Shown piece by piece: positions 9,285 to 19,120 of a stretch of DNA of 64,000 bases; within the stretch, counting starts at the first letter, position 1; the number at the start of each line of letters is the position of its first letter. The notes under the pieces were generated by a model, which did not search any database, was not told the origin of the DNA, and was given only the letters and a program-made list of their open reading frames with translations. The position numbers and the translations under genes were made by a program. Source of the DNA: Candidatus Kapaibacterium sp. (GTDB lineage Bacteria; Bacteroidota; Ignavibacteria; Kapaibacteriales; UBA2268); NCBI GenBank assembly GCA_963664875.1, contig OY761611.1:2656001-2720000 (forward strand), written 5' to 3'.

Positions 9285-10428
9285 AAGTATCTGAGACTTC
9301 CTTATCTTTCACAGTCATTTTTCTCCCTTTCCAGCTAACACTTCCGTATTTATATCTGAGAAGTGCATTGATGCTTAGTATATTGATTATCAAAATCAAA
9401 AAAGGATGCAAAAAAACTGCAATTCCAATATTGTGCTTAAAGAATATTGCTAAAAGCAAACGCCACAAAATCAATATAGTAAATATTGATAAGATTACAA
9501 AAAAAGTATTAGTAAATAATATCAAGAAATAAGGCATTATAATAAATACAAATAGAATTAAATTTATCAGTATGAATAGAGGTATATTGTAATCTGTAAT
9601 CCCAAAAATATTCTTCGATAGTCCATGCCAGATTTCCGAAAAAGAGTGATACATTCTGCCATAAACTACAGAAGTACCTGCGAGGGTAAGCGTCTTCATG
9701 TTTTTTCTTTTTGCCTCTCTAAAGAGGGAAATATCTTCTACTATTCTGCCTTTCACGGCAGTATGACCGCCGAGAGCATTATATGACTTTTTCTTGCAGA
9801 CAATCCATTGGCCGTTAGCAGCTGCAAAAATATTCCACTTAATAAAATATTGAGACCATAAAATAAAAAACGAGTATATAACTATATCTATAAATGGTAT
9901 AATAAGTTTTTCGGGAAAAGATTTTGTTATTTGCTGTGGAAATGCACTCAAATAATCCAAATTGAATTTTTCAATATATTTTATAGAATTGCTGACTGCA
10001 TTCTGAGCGTAAGAGTTGTCAGCATCTGTAAAAAGGTATATTTCACCCTTTGCCTCTGCTACCAGCTGCCTTAGTGCATTGTTCTTGCCAGTCCATCCGG
10101 GAAGCAGACTGCCTCCCTTAATTGCTTTGATATTTGGGTGTTTTGCTGCGTAATCAGAAATTATATTCCAAGTGCTGTCTTCTGAGTTGTCATCTAAAAC
10201 CAATATCTCGAAATTTTGATAATCCTGCATGAGCAAAGAATCGAGACAATTAGCAATGTTTTGCTCCTCATTTCTCGCCGGAATCATAATTGAGACAAGA
10301 GGAAAATCTATCAAGGAATGATTGATTTTTCTTAAAAAAGGTCCAAAAGTAATATTTATAATAGATGTGAGCAGAAAAATTACATGGAAAAAAGCAGCTA
10401 TTCCTAATATGATATATACTATTTCCAA
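9277..10428 (-). CDS. family 2 glycosyltransferase, probable carotenoid glycosyltransferase
   Basis: VSIMIPARNEE, LDDNSED, GWTGKNNA, FTDAD, ANGQ, IVED, SVSWKGR; crt context. Confidence 0.85.
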   Translation of the reverse strand: MEIVYIILGIAAFFHVIFLLTSIINITFGPFLRKINHSLIDFPLVSIMIPARNEEQNIANCLDSLLMQDYQNFEILVLDDNSEDSTWNIISDYAAKHPNIKAIKGGSLLPGWTGKNNALRQLVAEAKGEIYLFTDADNSYAQNAVSNSIKYIEKFNLDYLSAFPQQITKSFPEKLIIPFIDIVIYSFFILWSQYFIKWNIFAAANGQWIVCKKKSYNALGGHTAVKGRIVEDISLFREAKRKNMKTLTLAGTSVVYGRMYHSFSEIWHGLSKNIFGITDYNIPLFILINLILFVFIIMPYFLILFTNTFFVILSIFTILILWRLLLAIFFKHNIGIAVFLHPFLILIINILSINALLRYKYGSVSWKGRKMTVKDKEVSDTYE

Positions 10429-10439
10429 AATATGTGCAC

Positions 10440-11102
10440 CTATTGTTTTTTCAAAATAATTTCCTGACCGTAGTTTTCTTCTATAATGGATTTGTCTATA
10501 GTTTGGAGCAATATAGTAAGATGCTCTTCAGCTTTTGCTGTATGATATAGCTTTTTTTCTATGTTATCGAAAGCAAAAAATACGCTCGGCTTTCTTTCCT
10601 TTAGAAATTCTATTCGCATACCGACTAAAACAATGTCAATCTCATTCTTAATGTCTCTAATCAGATAATCAGTTCCTCTTGCAAGATTGAGTGGGCGATT
10701 GTAGTGGGGGGTTAAAATCCCCTGAGGAAATATATTTACTAAGTTATTGGGTGCTTGAATAAGCTGTGAAGCATATTCCAAAGATGTAATGATATCTTTT
10801 GTATTATTTTGTCTGACAGAAAAAGCTCCGAGTTTTGTAAAGAAAGGATAATTTTTGAGCTGTTCTTCAAGCATCATGACATGATATATTTTCTTCCAAA
10901 ACAGTCTATTTAAAGCATATATAAAAAAACCATCCCACCAAGTAGCATGATTAGGCAGCACCAACATAGGTGTTCCTGGTGACGAATGCGGAATATCTCC
11001 GATAACATGGAAGGAATGAAAGCTCTTTTTCAAAATATGATCAAGATAAGCCGCAAATACAAAATGTGCGTAATCTTTATGGTTAGCTTTTATCAGAGCC
11101 AT
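10440..11102 (-). CDS. PlsC-family acyltransferase, probable carotenoid-glycoside acyltransferase
   Basis: PNHATWWDG (HX4D) and IFPQG; crt context. Confidence 0.8.
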   Translation of the reverse strand: MALIKANHKDYAHFVFAAYLDHILKKSFHSFHVIGDIPHSSPGTPMLVLPNHATWWDGFFIYALNRLFWKKIYHVMMLEEQLKNYPFFTKLGAFSVRQNNTKDIITSLEYASQLIQAPNNLVNIFPQGILTPHYNRPLNLARGTDYLIRDIKNEIDIVLVGMRIEFLKERKPSVFFAFDNIEKKLYHTAKAEEHLTILLQTIDKSIIEENYGQEIILKKQ

Positions 11103-11992
11103 AGATTCAGACTGATATTGTTTTTAAGAAGTTCCTGCATTAAAATCAACATTTTCTCTTTTTTGCTGAGAAATACTCTACCTTTGAAAGGGTTATAGTC
11201 TTGCTCTTCCAATTTGTCTAATATAGCAGCGTAAATTTTTCCGGCTGTTGCTATAGCAAATTTTGAGTTTTTATGCAACATTTCAATCCCCGGTAGAGAA
11301 TCCTGATAGTATTGTTTTGATCTTTCTGCTTGAAATGCCATCAAAGCTTTAAACTTGTCGTCGAAATTTTCTGCAAAAACATCATCTTCAGATATTCCAA
11401 ATCTTTTCAAGTCTTCTAATGGGATATAAATTCTCCCCATTTCTTTGTCTTCTTTGACATCTCTTAAAATGTTAGTCAGCTGCATACCGATGCCCATTTT
11501 CTCTGCATAGCCAAGAGCTCTTTTGTCGTCGAACCCAAGCACATAGCTCATCATTAGCCCAACTACTGATGCCACTCTGTAACAAAAAACATAAAGTTCG
11601 TCGAATGTGTCGTACCTGTCTATGGTCAAATCCATAAGCATACCTTTTAACAAATCCAAAGGGTATTCAATTGGTATCTTATAGGTCATTGCAGTATGAA
11701 TAAATGCAGCAAGTGCAGGGTGTTCCGATTCTCCGCTTTGGTAAGCGAGCTCAATCTCTTTACCAATATCTTCAATTTCTTTGCGTATAGTGTCGGTGTC
11801 TCTTTGGCGAGGTTTGTCCACTATATTATCTACATATCTGCAAAAACAATATACAGCATAAGTTCCTAAACGCTTGTCTTTTGGCAAAAATGATGAAGCA
11901 AAATAAAAGCTCTTCGCATAATGTTTGATTATGTGTTCGGCGAACTTATAGTAAGGTAGCATATCTTTTTCAATATGTAGAATTTGACCCAT
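11093..11992 (-). CDS. crtB: phytoene synthase
   Basis: AKSFYFAS, YCFCRYVDNIVD, YRVASVVG, QLTNILRDVKED, GRIYIP. Confidence 0.94.
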   Translation of the reverse strand: MGQILHIEKDMLPYYKFAEHIIKHYAKSFYFASSFLPKDKRLGTYAVYCFCRYVDNIVDKPRQRDTDTIRKEIEDIGKEIELAYQSGESEHPALAAFIHTAMTYKIPIEYPLDLLKGMLMDLTIDRYDTFDELYVFCYRVASVVGLMMSYVLGFDDKRALGYAEKMGIGMQLTNILRDVKEDKEMGRIYIPLEDLKRFGISEDDVFAENFDDKFKALMAFQAERSKQYYQDSLPGIEMLHKNSKFAIATAGKIYAAILDKLEEQDYNPFKGRVFLSKKEKMLILMQELLKNNISLNLWL

Positions 11993-12967
11993 CTATTCTC
12001 CTCGGTTTATTATATACTCGGCTAAACTTCGCAACACTTCTTTTGCATAAGAAGAAGGGAATTCGTCCAATACCATAAGAGATCTGCAGATGTAGTTATT
12101 CGCTTTATCAAGAGCATACTCTATGCCGCCTCTGCGTTTGACAATTTCACTTATTTCAGGAATAAGCTCCTCATTAATCTCTGTTGAAGTTAAGAATGTT
12201 TTTATAAATGCTTTTTCTGATTTGCTGACTTTTGTAAGAGCATAAATAAGAGGTAGCGTCAATTTTTTTTCTTTGAGGTCATTATTTGGCGTTTTGCCTG
12301 TGTTAAGGTCCAAAGAGTAGTCAAATAAATCATCTTGTATTTGGAAAGCGATTCCTATACCTATACCAAATTCTCTCAATTTTTTCCTTTCTTCATATGG
12401 CCTGTCCGCACTTATTGCTCCGAGTTCGCAGGAATTGGCAATAAGCTCAGCAGTTTTTCTTAGAATAATACGGAAGTAAGTCTCTTCGGTAATTTCGATA
12501 TTTCCAATATTATTAAGCTGGATTATTTCGCCTTCGCTCATGATTTTTAGAGTATGATTGAGCACTCTGAAATATTCTTTTTCACCATAGTTAATTGCTG
12601 CTTCAAAAATCGCTGCGATTAGGTAATCTCCAAACAAAATAGCTCTGTCTTTGCCAAAAATTGCATTAAAAGATGGCTTGCCTCTTCTTATTTCCGAGCG
12701 ATCAATTACATCATCATGAATAAGAGAAGCATTGTGAAGCATTTCAATCAATGCACCTGCTCTATATGTTCTCAGAGAAGATTTCCCGGCTAACTCAGCA
12801 GAAAGGACTGTAAGAGCTGGTCTTATTAGCTTTCCTTTTTTTGAGGTAAGGTAATCTGTATATTCGTTTGGTAGGTCAGACATCTCGTTGAGCATTTCAT
12901 CGTAAACGACTTTAAATTCGCCCAACTTTGTTCTTACCGGAGAAAGTATTTCTACCACTTGGCTCAT
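11993..12967 (-). CDS. polyprenyl (probably geranylgeranyl) diphosphate synthase
   Basis: GKLIRP, HNASLIHDDVID...RRG, AFQIQDD; crtE role inferred from context only. Confidence 0.85.
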   Translation of the reverse strand: MSQVVEILSPVRTKLGEFKVVYDEMLNEMSDLPNEYTDYLTSKKGKLIRPALTVLSAELAGKSSLRTYRAGALIEMLHNASLIHDDVIDRSEIRRGKPSFNAIFGKDRAILFGDYLIAAIFEAAINYGEKEYFRVLNHTLKIMSEGEIIQLNNIGNIEITEETYFRIILRKTAELIANSCELGAISADRPYEERKKLREFGIGIGIAFQIQDDLFDYSLDLNTGKTPNNDLKEKKLTLPLIYALTKVSKSEKAFIKTFLTSTEINEELIPEISEIVKRRGGIEYALDKANNYICRSLMVLDEFPSSYAKEVLRSLAEYIINRGE

Positions 12968-12978
12968 ACTTTTAGTCC

Positions 12979-14454
12979 TTATTTTTTGTATTCGTTTATC
13001 AATTTAAATGTTGCTGCACTCGAAAGCATTACCCCGGGCAAACCTGCTCCCGGGTGAGTGCCGGCACCTACTAAAAACAGATTTTCAAAATCTTCGCTTT
13101 GGTTGTGAGCTCTGAAATACGCTGATTGCTGCAAAACAGGTTCCATACCCCATGGAGTTCCCAAATAGGAATTTCTCACATTTTTGAAGTCCAGCGGATT
13201 GAAAGTTTTTTTGACCTCTATATTAGCTGCCAAGTCTTTCATCCCAAAGTTGTGTTCTAAAAAGTTAATTACCTTTTCTGTAAATTCAGCATCAAAGGTT
13301 TTCCAATCCACATTTGCTTTCAAGTTCGAGACCGGAATCAAAACATAAATACTTTCTGAGCCTTCGGGTGCCATAGAGCTGTCAGTTGCCGAAGGTACGT
13401 GCAAATACATTGAAAAATCTTCCGGTATGATATGCTTTTCAAAGATATCATATACCAATTCTTTGTATCTGTGCGAAAGAATCAGAGTATGATGCTTTAG
13501 TTCAGGATACTTTTTCTTAACTCCTAAATAAAGAACGTATGAACTCATAGCATATTTAGCTTTTTCCAATTTTTCCGTATTCCACTTAATTTCCTCTCGC
13601 GGAACTAAGTCTTTATATGTGTGAGTAACATCTGCATTGGAGATTACAATATCAGCTGCATAAAATTTATCTTTCGCAACAACACCGGTCGCACGTCTGC
13701 CTTTCAATTCAATTTTAGAAACCGGAGTGGAAGTATGTATCTTGCCGCCATGCTTTTCTATAATTCTGCCAAAAGCTTTTACAAGTGAGTACATACCACC
13801 TGTTGTGAACCATACACCGCTCTTTTTTTCTAAATAAGAGATCATCAGATAAATACTCGGCACTTTAAACGGATTTCCCCCGATAAAAAGTGGGTGAAAG
13901 GAGAACATAAATCTATGGCGGAAATTTTCAAAATATCTACTTGCCTGATAGTAAGCAGGAAGAAAAGCATTGGTCTTAAGAGCCTGAGGAACAAATTCTA
14001 ACATAGTAAAAAGCTTATTAAAAGGAGTACTTCCCAGCCCTTGCGTGATTACTGCTTCATAGACTTTAGAAGAAAAATCTATAAACTTATCGTAGTTGTC
14101 CGCATCTTTCTGACTATAGCGAGCCATTTGACTTTTCATGCTGTCAGAATCATCGCTGTAATCAATAAAAGATTTATCGTGGAAGTATATTCTGTAAAAA
14201 GGATCAAGTTTAATAAAATCAAGGTATTCATCAGCATTTTCGTGCAGCAAAGCGAATATATCTCTTATCATCTCCGGCATCGTAATTAGCGACGGTCCCA
14301 TATCAAAAGTATATCCTTTTTCCTGAAACTGCGAAGCATGACCACCAATAGCAGCATTTTTTTCAAATATTTCAACATCCCACCCGGAAGCAAGCAGTCT
14401 GACAGCCAAAGCTAAAGAGCCAAAACCCGAACCAATAATAGCAGCCTTTTTCAA
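12979..14454 (-). CDS. crtI: phytoene desaturase (CrtI family)
   Basis: IIGSGFGSL, GYTFDMGPSLIT, LVGAGTHPGAGLPGV; TTG start. Confidence 0.92.
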   Translation of the reverse strand: MKKAAIIGSGFGSLALAVRLLASGWDVEIFEKNAAIGGHASQFQEKGYTFDMGPSLITMPEMIRDIFALLHENADEYLDFIKLDPFYRIYFHDKSFIDYSDDSDSMKSQMARYSQKDADNYDKFIDFSSKVYEAVITQGLGSTPFNKLFTMLEFVPQALKTNAFLPAYYQASRYFENFRHRFMFSFHPLFIGGNPFKVPSIYLMISYLEKKSGVWFTTGGMYSLVKAFGRIIEKHGGKIHTSTPVSKIELKGRRATGVVAKDKFYAADIVISNADVTHTYKDLVPREEIKWNTEKLEKAKYAMSSYVLYLGVKKKYPELKHHTLILSHRYKELVYDIFEKHIIPEDFSMYLHVPSATDSSMAPEGSESIYVLIPVSNLKANVDWKTFDAEFTEKVINFLEHNFGMKDLAANIEVKKTFNPLDFKNVRNSYLGTPWGMEPVLQQSAYFRAHNQSEDFENLFLVGAGTHPGAGLPGVMLSSAATFKLINEYKK

Positions 14455-14713
14455 TAGATTAGTTCCTTGTATCTACATATCTTTATTTACTTGTTAAAGT
14501 ATTTGGGATATTTTTATTTTATGTAGATTATATAATAAAAACAATGTAATATGTTTAAATTTATACTTTATAGAGTGCATTTAGCCATAACAAATTTTGA
14601 CGAAAAACCGAAAAGGGTAAGAGGCTTTCTGTCTGTAAAAAATCGGTACATCCAAATATTTATGTAATTTCGTATATTGTTCTTTTTTGAAAACAAACAG
14701 ATGGTAAATTGAA

Positions 14714-16618
14714 TTGAACAGCAAAGACAAAGACCAACACAAGCTGCCTGAAGGATTTTTTAAAAAGATAAACGAGTTTGCAAAGCCTTTTTATGGGCTG
14801 ATGTTTATATCTTTAGCTTTGAATATTATCTTCTCTATATTTAGCGCCTTTTCAATAGCAGTAATCAAACCACTTATTAATATTTTGAATCCTGATGATG
14901 CAGAAAAGAGTGCCACATCAGTAGCAAAAGCAGTCAGCGACCCCGGATTTTTTGAGGGTATTAAGATATGGTTGGAAAGCCTAAAGGATACTTTTAATGA
15001 TTTTATTATCCATATAGTCCAAAATCCGGATAGCATGGAAGCTACTTTTTTCAATATGAGTATTTTAATTATTCTGATTTTTGTTACTAAGAATATCTTT
15101 AAATACTTTGGCTCTATAGCAGCCATGAAACTGGAAGAAGGCTTTATTAAACATGTGCGGGATATTGTTTTTTCTCACTTGATTCATCTTTCTGTTGATT
15201 TCTTTGGTCAGAGAAAAGAAGGCGAACTTATAACCATAGTTACCAATGATATTTCTATACTTAATACTACCACAGTATCTTCCATAAATATTCTTATCAG
15301 AGAGTTCACCCAAATACTTTTCTTTCTTGCCTTGCTCTTTGCTACTTCGGTGAAGCTGACTCTGATAGCTTTTTCCACAAGTATAATCAGTATCCTTATT
15401 ATACGATTTGCTATGCAGTTTCTTAGAAGGTATGCTTCAAGGATGCAAAATGCTATCTCTGATTTTACTTCTACCTTGCAGGAATCTATTTCCGGCATCA
15501 GAGTGCTGAAAGCCTATGGAGCCGAAGCTAAAGCCTCCGCTGCTTTCGAAGAAAATACAGAAAAATTTCTGAAATCATCTATCAAGCACAAGAAAATTAT
15601 AACTATAATTCCTGCAATCAATGAGGTTTTCGCGATTGTAGCTCTTTGCGTTGTGCTTTTTGTTGGGGGAACAGCTATCAATGATGGTCAGTTATCTTTC
15701 GATGACCTATGGTTGTTTTTGGTCTCTCTCTTTAGCATCATGTCTCCTATTACTACTGTCATTGATACTATTTCCAAATTTCAGAGAGGTATAGTATCTG
15801 CCGGCAGAATATTCAAAGTGCTCGAAGCTCAATCCACTGTTATAAATGGTACAGAAAAAATCGAAAACTTCAGGGACAGTATTTCGATTCGTAATCTATC
15901 ATTTGCCTATGCTGATATTCCAATCCTAAAAGATGTATCGTTTGATATAGAAAAAGGGAAAAAAGTGGCTTTTGTTGGCCCAAGCGGTTCGGGTAAATCT
16001 ACCATGCTTGATTTGCTTATTCGATTTTATGATCCTGCTACCGGCACAATTTCTATTGATAACCAAGATATAAAAAACTTCGATACCGACAGTTATCGTT
16101 CTCTTTTTGGAATAGTCTCGCAGGAAACTATTTTGTTTAATGATACGATAGCCGGGAATATCAGATTCGGAAAACCTGAAGCTACTATAGATGAAGTTAC
16201 AGAAGCGGCAAAAAATGCAAATGCTTTCAATTATATTTCGGCTACTTCTGACGGATTTGGTACTAATGTGGGGGATAGAGGGACAAAATTATCGGGTGGA
16301 GAACGCCAGAGGCTTGCGATTGCCAGAGCTTTGGTGCGTAATCCGGAAATACTTGTTTTCGATGAGGCGACATCTGCATTGGATTCAGAATCCGAAAAAA
16401 TAGTTCAAGATGCCATAAATAAAAACCTCGAGGAAAGAACTGCTGTTTTGGTTGCTCATAGATTAGCCACCATAATAAACTGCGATTTGATTCTCGTTTT
16501 TGATAGAGGTAAAATTGTCGAGAGAGGCTCTCACGCCGAACTTTTGGCTATGGATGGAATTTATAAAAAACTATATGATATCCAATTTGCCGAGCAACAA
16601 CATCACAATAAAGGATAG
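14714..16618 (+). CDS. ABC transporter permease/ATPase, MsbA-like exporter
   Basis: TM domain plus GPSGSGKST, LSGGERQR, FDEATSALD, AHRL. Confidence 0.9.
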   Translation: MNSKDKDQHKLPEGFFKKINEFAKPFYGLMFISLALNIIFSIFSAFSIAVIKPLINILNPDDAEKSATSVAKAVSDPGFFEGIKIWLESLKDTFNDFIIHIVQNPDSMEATFFNMSILIILIFVTKNIFKYFGSIAAMKLEEGFIKHVRDIVFSHLIHLSVDFFGQRKEGELITIVTNDISILNTTTVSSINILIREFTQILFFLALLFATSVKLTLIAFSTSIISILIIRFAMQFLRRYASRMQNAISDFTSTLQESISGIRVLKAYGAEAKASAAFEENTEKFLKSSIKHKKIITIIPAINEVFAIVALCVVLFVGGTAINDGQLSFDDLWLFLVSLFSIMSPITTVIDTISKFQRGIVSAGRIFKVLEAQSTVINGTEKIENFRDSISIRNLSFAYADIPILKDVSFDIEKGKKVAFVGPSGSGKSTMLDLLIRFYDPATGTISIDNQDIKNFDTDSYRSLFGIVSQETILFNDTIAGNIRFGKPEATIDEVTEAAKNANAFNYISATSDGFGTNVGDRGTKLSGGERQRLAIARALVRNPEILVFDEATSALDSESEKIVQDAINKNLEERTAVLVAHRLATIINCDLILVFDRGKIVERGSHAELLAMDGIYKKLYDIQFAEQQHHNKG

Positions 16619-17002
16619 TAAAAGAAGATATTTTAACTTGATAAACTAAGAAGCATTGTTCAATTGCATATATTAAAAAAACTCTTTTGCTTGCAATGCT
16701 TCTTGCCTAATTAGGAACTCTACATAAACCTGCTGAATATAAAATATCGATTTGCAATTTCATCTATATACTTTCAAAAAAGTAACCATCCTAAATACAA
16801 ATAATCTAAAAAAATAAAATGTTATAATTTAATTTGCATATTGTTTGGTTTTTTTTTTACATTATATTCAAGCATTAATGATAATACGTATTGCAGAGAT
16901 GCTTATAATTTAAATATCGATATTTATGATTTTGTTTTGTAAAGCTATTTATCCAATAAGTAGCCCTATATCTATGTATCATAAATTCAAAAGGAAAAGA
17001 AT

Positions 17003-17305
17003 ATGCGAAGAATTACGGCATTGGTTATTGCCAGTTGTTTAATCGCTACCACCGCATTAGCTCTCGGAAAATTTACATTTTGTGCTCCTGAAGGATGCGT
17101 TTGGGTAGCAGATAATGGTTCGCTAACAGTAGATGGTTATGCATACAACTTGACAAATAATGGAGATGCAACATCTTTTTCGTTTACATGTGAAGGTGCA
17201 GGGACATGCTATAAAATCTCTGAAAATGGTAAAGTATTGGAAATCTGGGGAACTGCAATGAGGGGACCGGGATCGCAAGTATTTATCAATGCAGTATCTG
17301 AATAG
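17003..17305 (+). CDS. small secreted protein with two Cys pairs, unknown function
   Basis: Signal peptide ending ALA; CAPEGC and CEGAGTC; AAGGA site upstream. Confidence 0.75.
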   Translation: MRRITALVIASCLIATTALALGKFTFCAPEGCVWVADNGSLTVDGYAYNLTNNGDATSFSFTCEGAGTCYKISENGKVLEIWGTAMRGPGSQVFINAVSE

Positions 17306-17316
17306 TAATATATCAA

Positions 17317-17349
17317 AAGTCGTTGTATTCGATAGGATGCAACGGCTTT
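17317..17349 (+). terminator. intra-operon hairpin (partial terminator or stabiliser)
   Basis: aagtcgttgtattc / ggatgcaacggcttt stem with G-U pairs and a short U tail. Confidence 0.5.
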
Positions 17350-17373
17350 AACAAAATACAATAGGAAGTAAAT

Positions 17374-18576
17374 ATGAAAATAGTGCTGTCTTTAGTAATT
17401 TTATTCTTGTGGAGTTGTACCTACGAAATGAACTCAGGGGGATACGATAAAATCTTACTACAAGAAACTGAGACTATAATTTTAGCAAATACCAATAATG
17501 CTGTAATTAGTGATGATGGGAGGTATTTGTTTGTTTGTGATTCTAAATCTAATCAAATAATAAAATACGAAATAAAGACAGGGAAAATCATAAAGGTTAT
17601 ATCGCCGGACTTGAGCTTGTCTGACTCTATTTGTTTTCACTATAGAGATTACCCAAATAATTATCCCATGTTATATGTATCCTTGGAGGATATTTCTAAA
17701 ACCGATCCTGAATTGAGTATTGCGAATCATTTGAGACATCAGTTTCGCAAAGTTTATATTAGGAATCAGAAAATATTTGTTTTTGCTTTGGTATATGCTC
17801 CTGCTGTTGACAAGGAAAATTATCTTAATAAACGCATTACGAATCATGCTGTACTTTTAGAATACGATGAAAGCCTGAAACTGTTAGATGCAAAACCCTT
17901 TGAGAATACATTTGATACTCATGCAATGTCGTTCGATTGTGTAGAAATTGATGGAGAAATAATTGCTACTTGCAGTGATTTTGTTAGGCAATTTCAAAAT
18001 AATATTTATGATTCTCTTATAATATTGTCAAGATATTCTGGCGATGGCCAATTTGTTGATAAGCAAGTATATTTGCCCGAAGTTTATCTTAAATCTAAAG
18101 TTGGTTATCTATCGTCACAAAATGTACATCTTCTTTCGACAGGAGATGATGTGTGTTATATCTATCCTACTTATCCATATTTGAATTTCCTTAAAACACA
18201 AAAATCGATTCCTTTGAATGGAATAAGTGATTTGAATAATGTGGGTTTTGAAAAATTCAATCCCGAAATGGAAATTGATTTAGACAAATATGAAAGAGCA
18301 TTTCCGATTTCTTTAAATGGTTTGTTTTCAGACGGTAAAAATATTTATGTAAATATTTTACAATTAGTGTTTGAGAATAATGAGACTTTTCGAACAGGTA
18401 TTCTTCAAAAGTATGATTTGGAGGGTAATTTTATTGCATCTATTGAACTTGGGGACTATAAAGAAAATAAAATTAAATATATCGGCTATGCAATGAAAAA
18501 GGATTGTTTCTATCTCATAAAGATGGATAGCCAAATCGGTTGGACTTTTGAGTATGTCAATTATTTTAATGAGTAA
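17374..18576 (+). CDS. lipoprotein, probable beta-propeller
   Basis: Lipobox LWSC; VISDDGRYLFVCD and ILQKYDLEGNFI blade-like motifs. Confidence 0.7.
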   Translation: MKIVLSLVILFLWSCTYEMNSGGYDKILLQETETIILANTNNAVISDDGRYLFVCDSKSNQIIKYEIKTGKIIKVISPDLSLSDSICFHYRDYPNNYPMLYVSLEDISKTDPELSIANHLRHQFRKVYIRNQKIFVFALVYAPAVDKENYLNKRITNHAVLLEYDESLKLLDAKPFENTFDTHAMSFDCVEIDGEIIATCSDFVRQFQNNIYDSLIILSRYSGDGQFVDKQVYLPEVYLKSKVGYLSSQNVHLLSTGDDVCYIYPTYPYLNFLKTQKSIPLNGISDLNNVGFEKFNPEMEIDLDKYERAFPISLNGLFSDGKNIYVNILQLVFENNETFRTGILQKYDLEGNFIASIELGDYKENKIKYIGYAMKKDCFYLIKMDSQIGWTFEYVNYFNE

Positions 18577-18581
18577 AAGCA

Positions 18582-19046
18582 ATGAATCTAAGAATTGTTC
18601 TGTTTATTTGGATTCTTGTATCTGCAATAATCTCAATTGGGGGCATTGTCCCTAATTCATTTGTAGAAATTAGGCAGCTAACGAATCTGAATACAGGTCA
18701 GAAGTTAATAGTTACGTTTCAAGAGGTTGGGGGTAATTGTGTGAAATGTTATGATGTTCCGGTTGCTTTAATAGAATCTTTAAAAGCTCGAATTGAATTA
18801 TCGAATATAAAAATTGTGGCAGCGGTCAAATGCAATAGGGATATTGAGCTTAATGTTTTCAAAAAGCAATATGATTGGAATTATTATATTTATGCAGATA
18901 AAAAAAATCTTGCTAAACAGCTTGGAGTCAAACCTATCTCCGGTCTTGCTGTTTTTGATTATTCAGGTAAGTTACTCTTAGAATTAGAAGCTAAAAAGGG
19001 AGTTTTTGCAGAAGATATAGATAAACTTGAAAATGTACTGAAATAA
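18582..19046 (+). CDS. exported thioredoxin-like fold protein with CxxC
   Basis: N-terminal hydrophobic segment, GGNCVKC, LAKQLGV...AVFDYSGK typical of TlpA/AhpC-like folds. Confidence 0.6.
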   Translation: MNLRIVLFIWILVSAIISIGGIVPNSFVEIRQLTNLNTGQKLIVTFQEVGGNCVKCYDVPVALIESLKARIELSNIKIVAAVKCNRDIELNVFKKQYDWNYYIYADKKNLAKQLGVKPISGLAVFDYSGKLLLELEAKKGVFAEDIDKLENVLK

Positions 19047-19049
19047 AAA

Positions 19050-19081
19050 AAGATGCAGCATGTTTGTTTTTGCTGCATCTT
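19050..19081. terminator. bidirectional intrinsic terminator
   Basis: aagatgcagca / tgctgcatctt between convergent genes. Confidence 0.7.
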
Positions 19082-19120
19082 CCACAATTTTTATTTACAT
19101 TTTTGCCTATAAGCTTATTT

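Noticed and set aside
16648-16704. Inverted repeat aagaagcattg / caatgcttctt after the MsbA-like gene as a MITE
   Set aside because: Single copy with no target duplication seen; more simply a long-loop terminator or chance.
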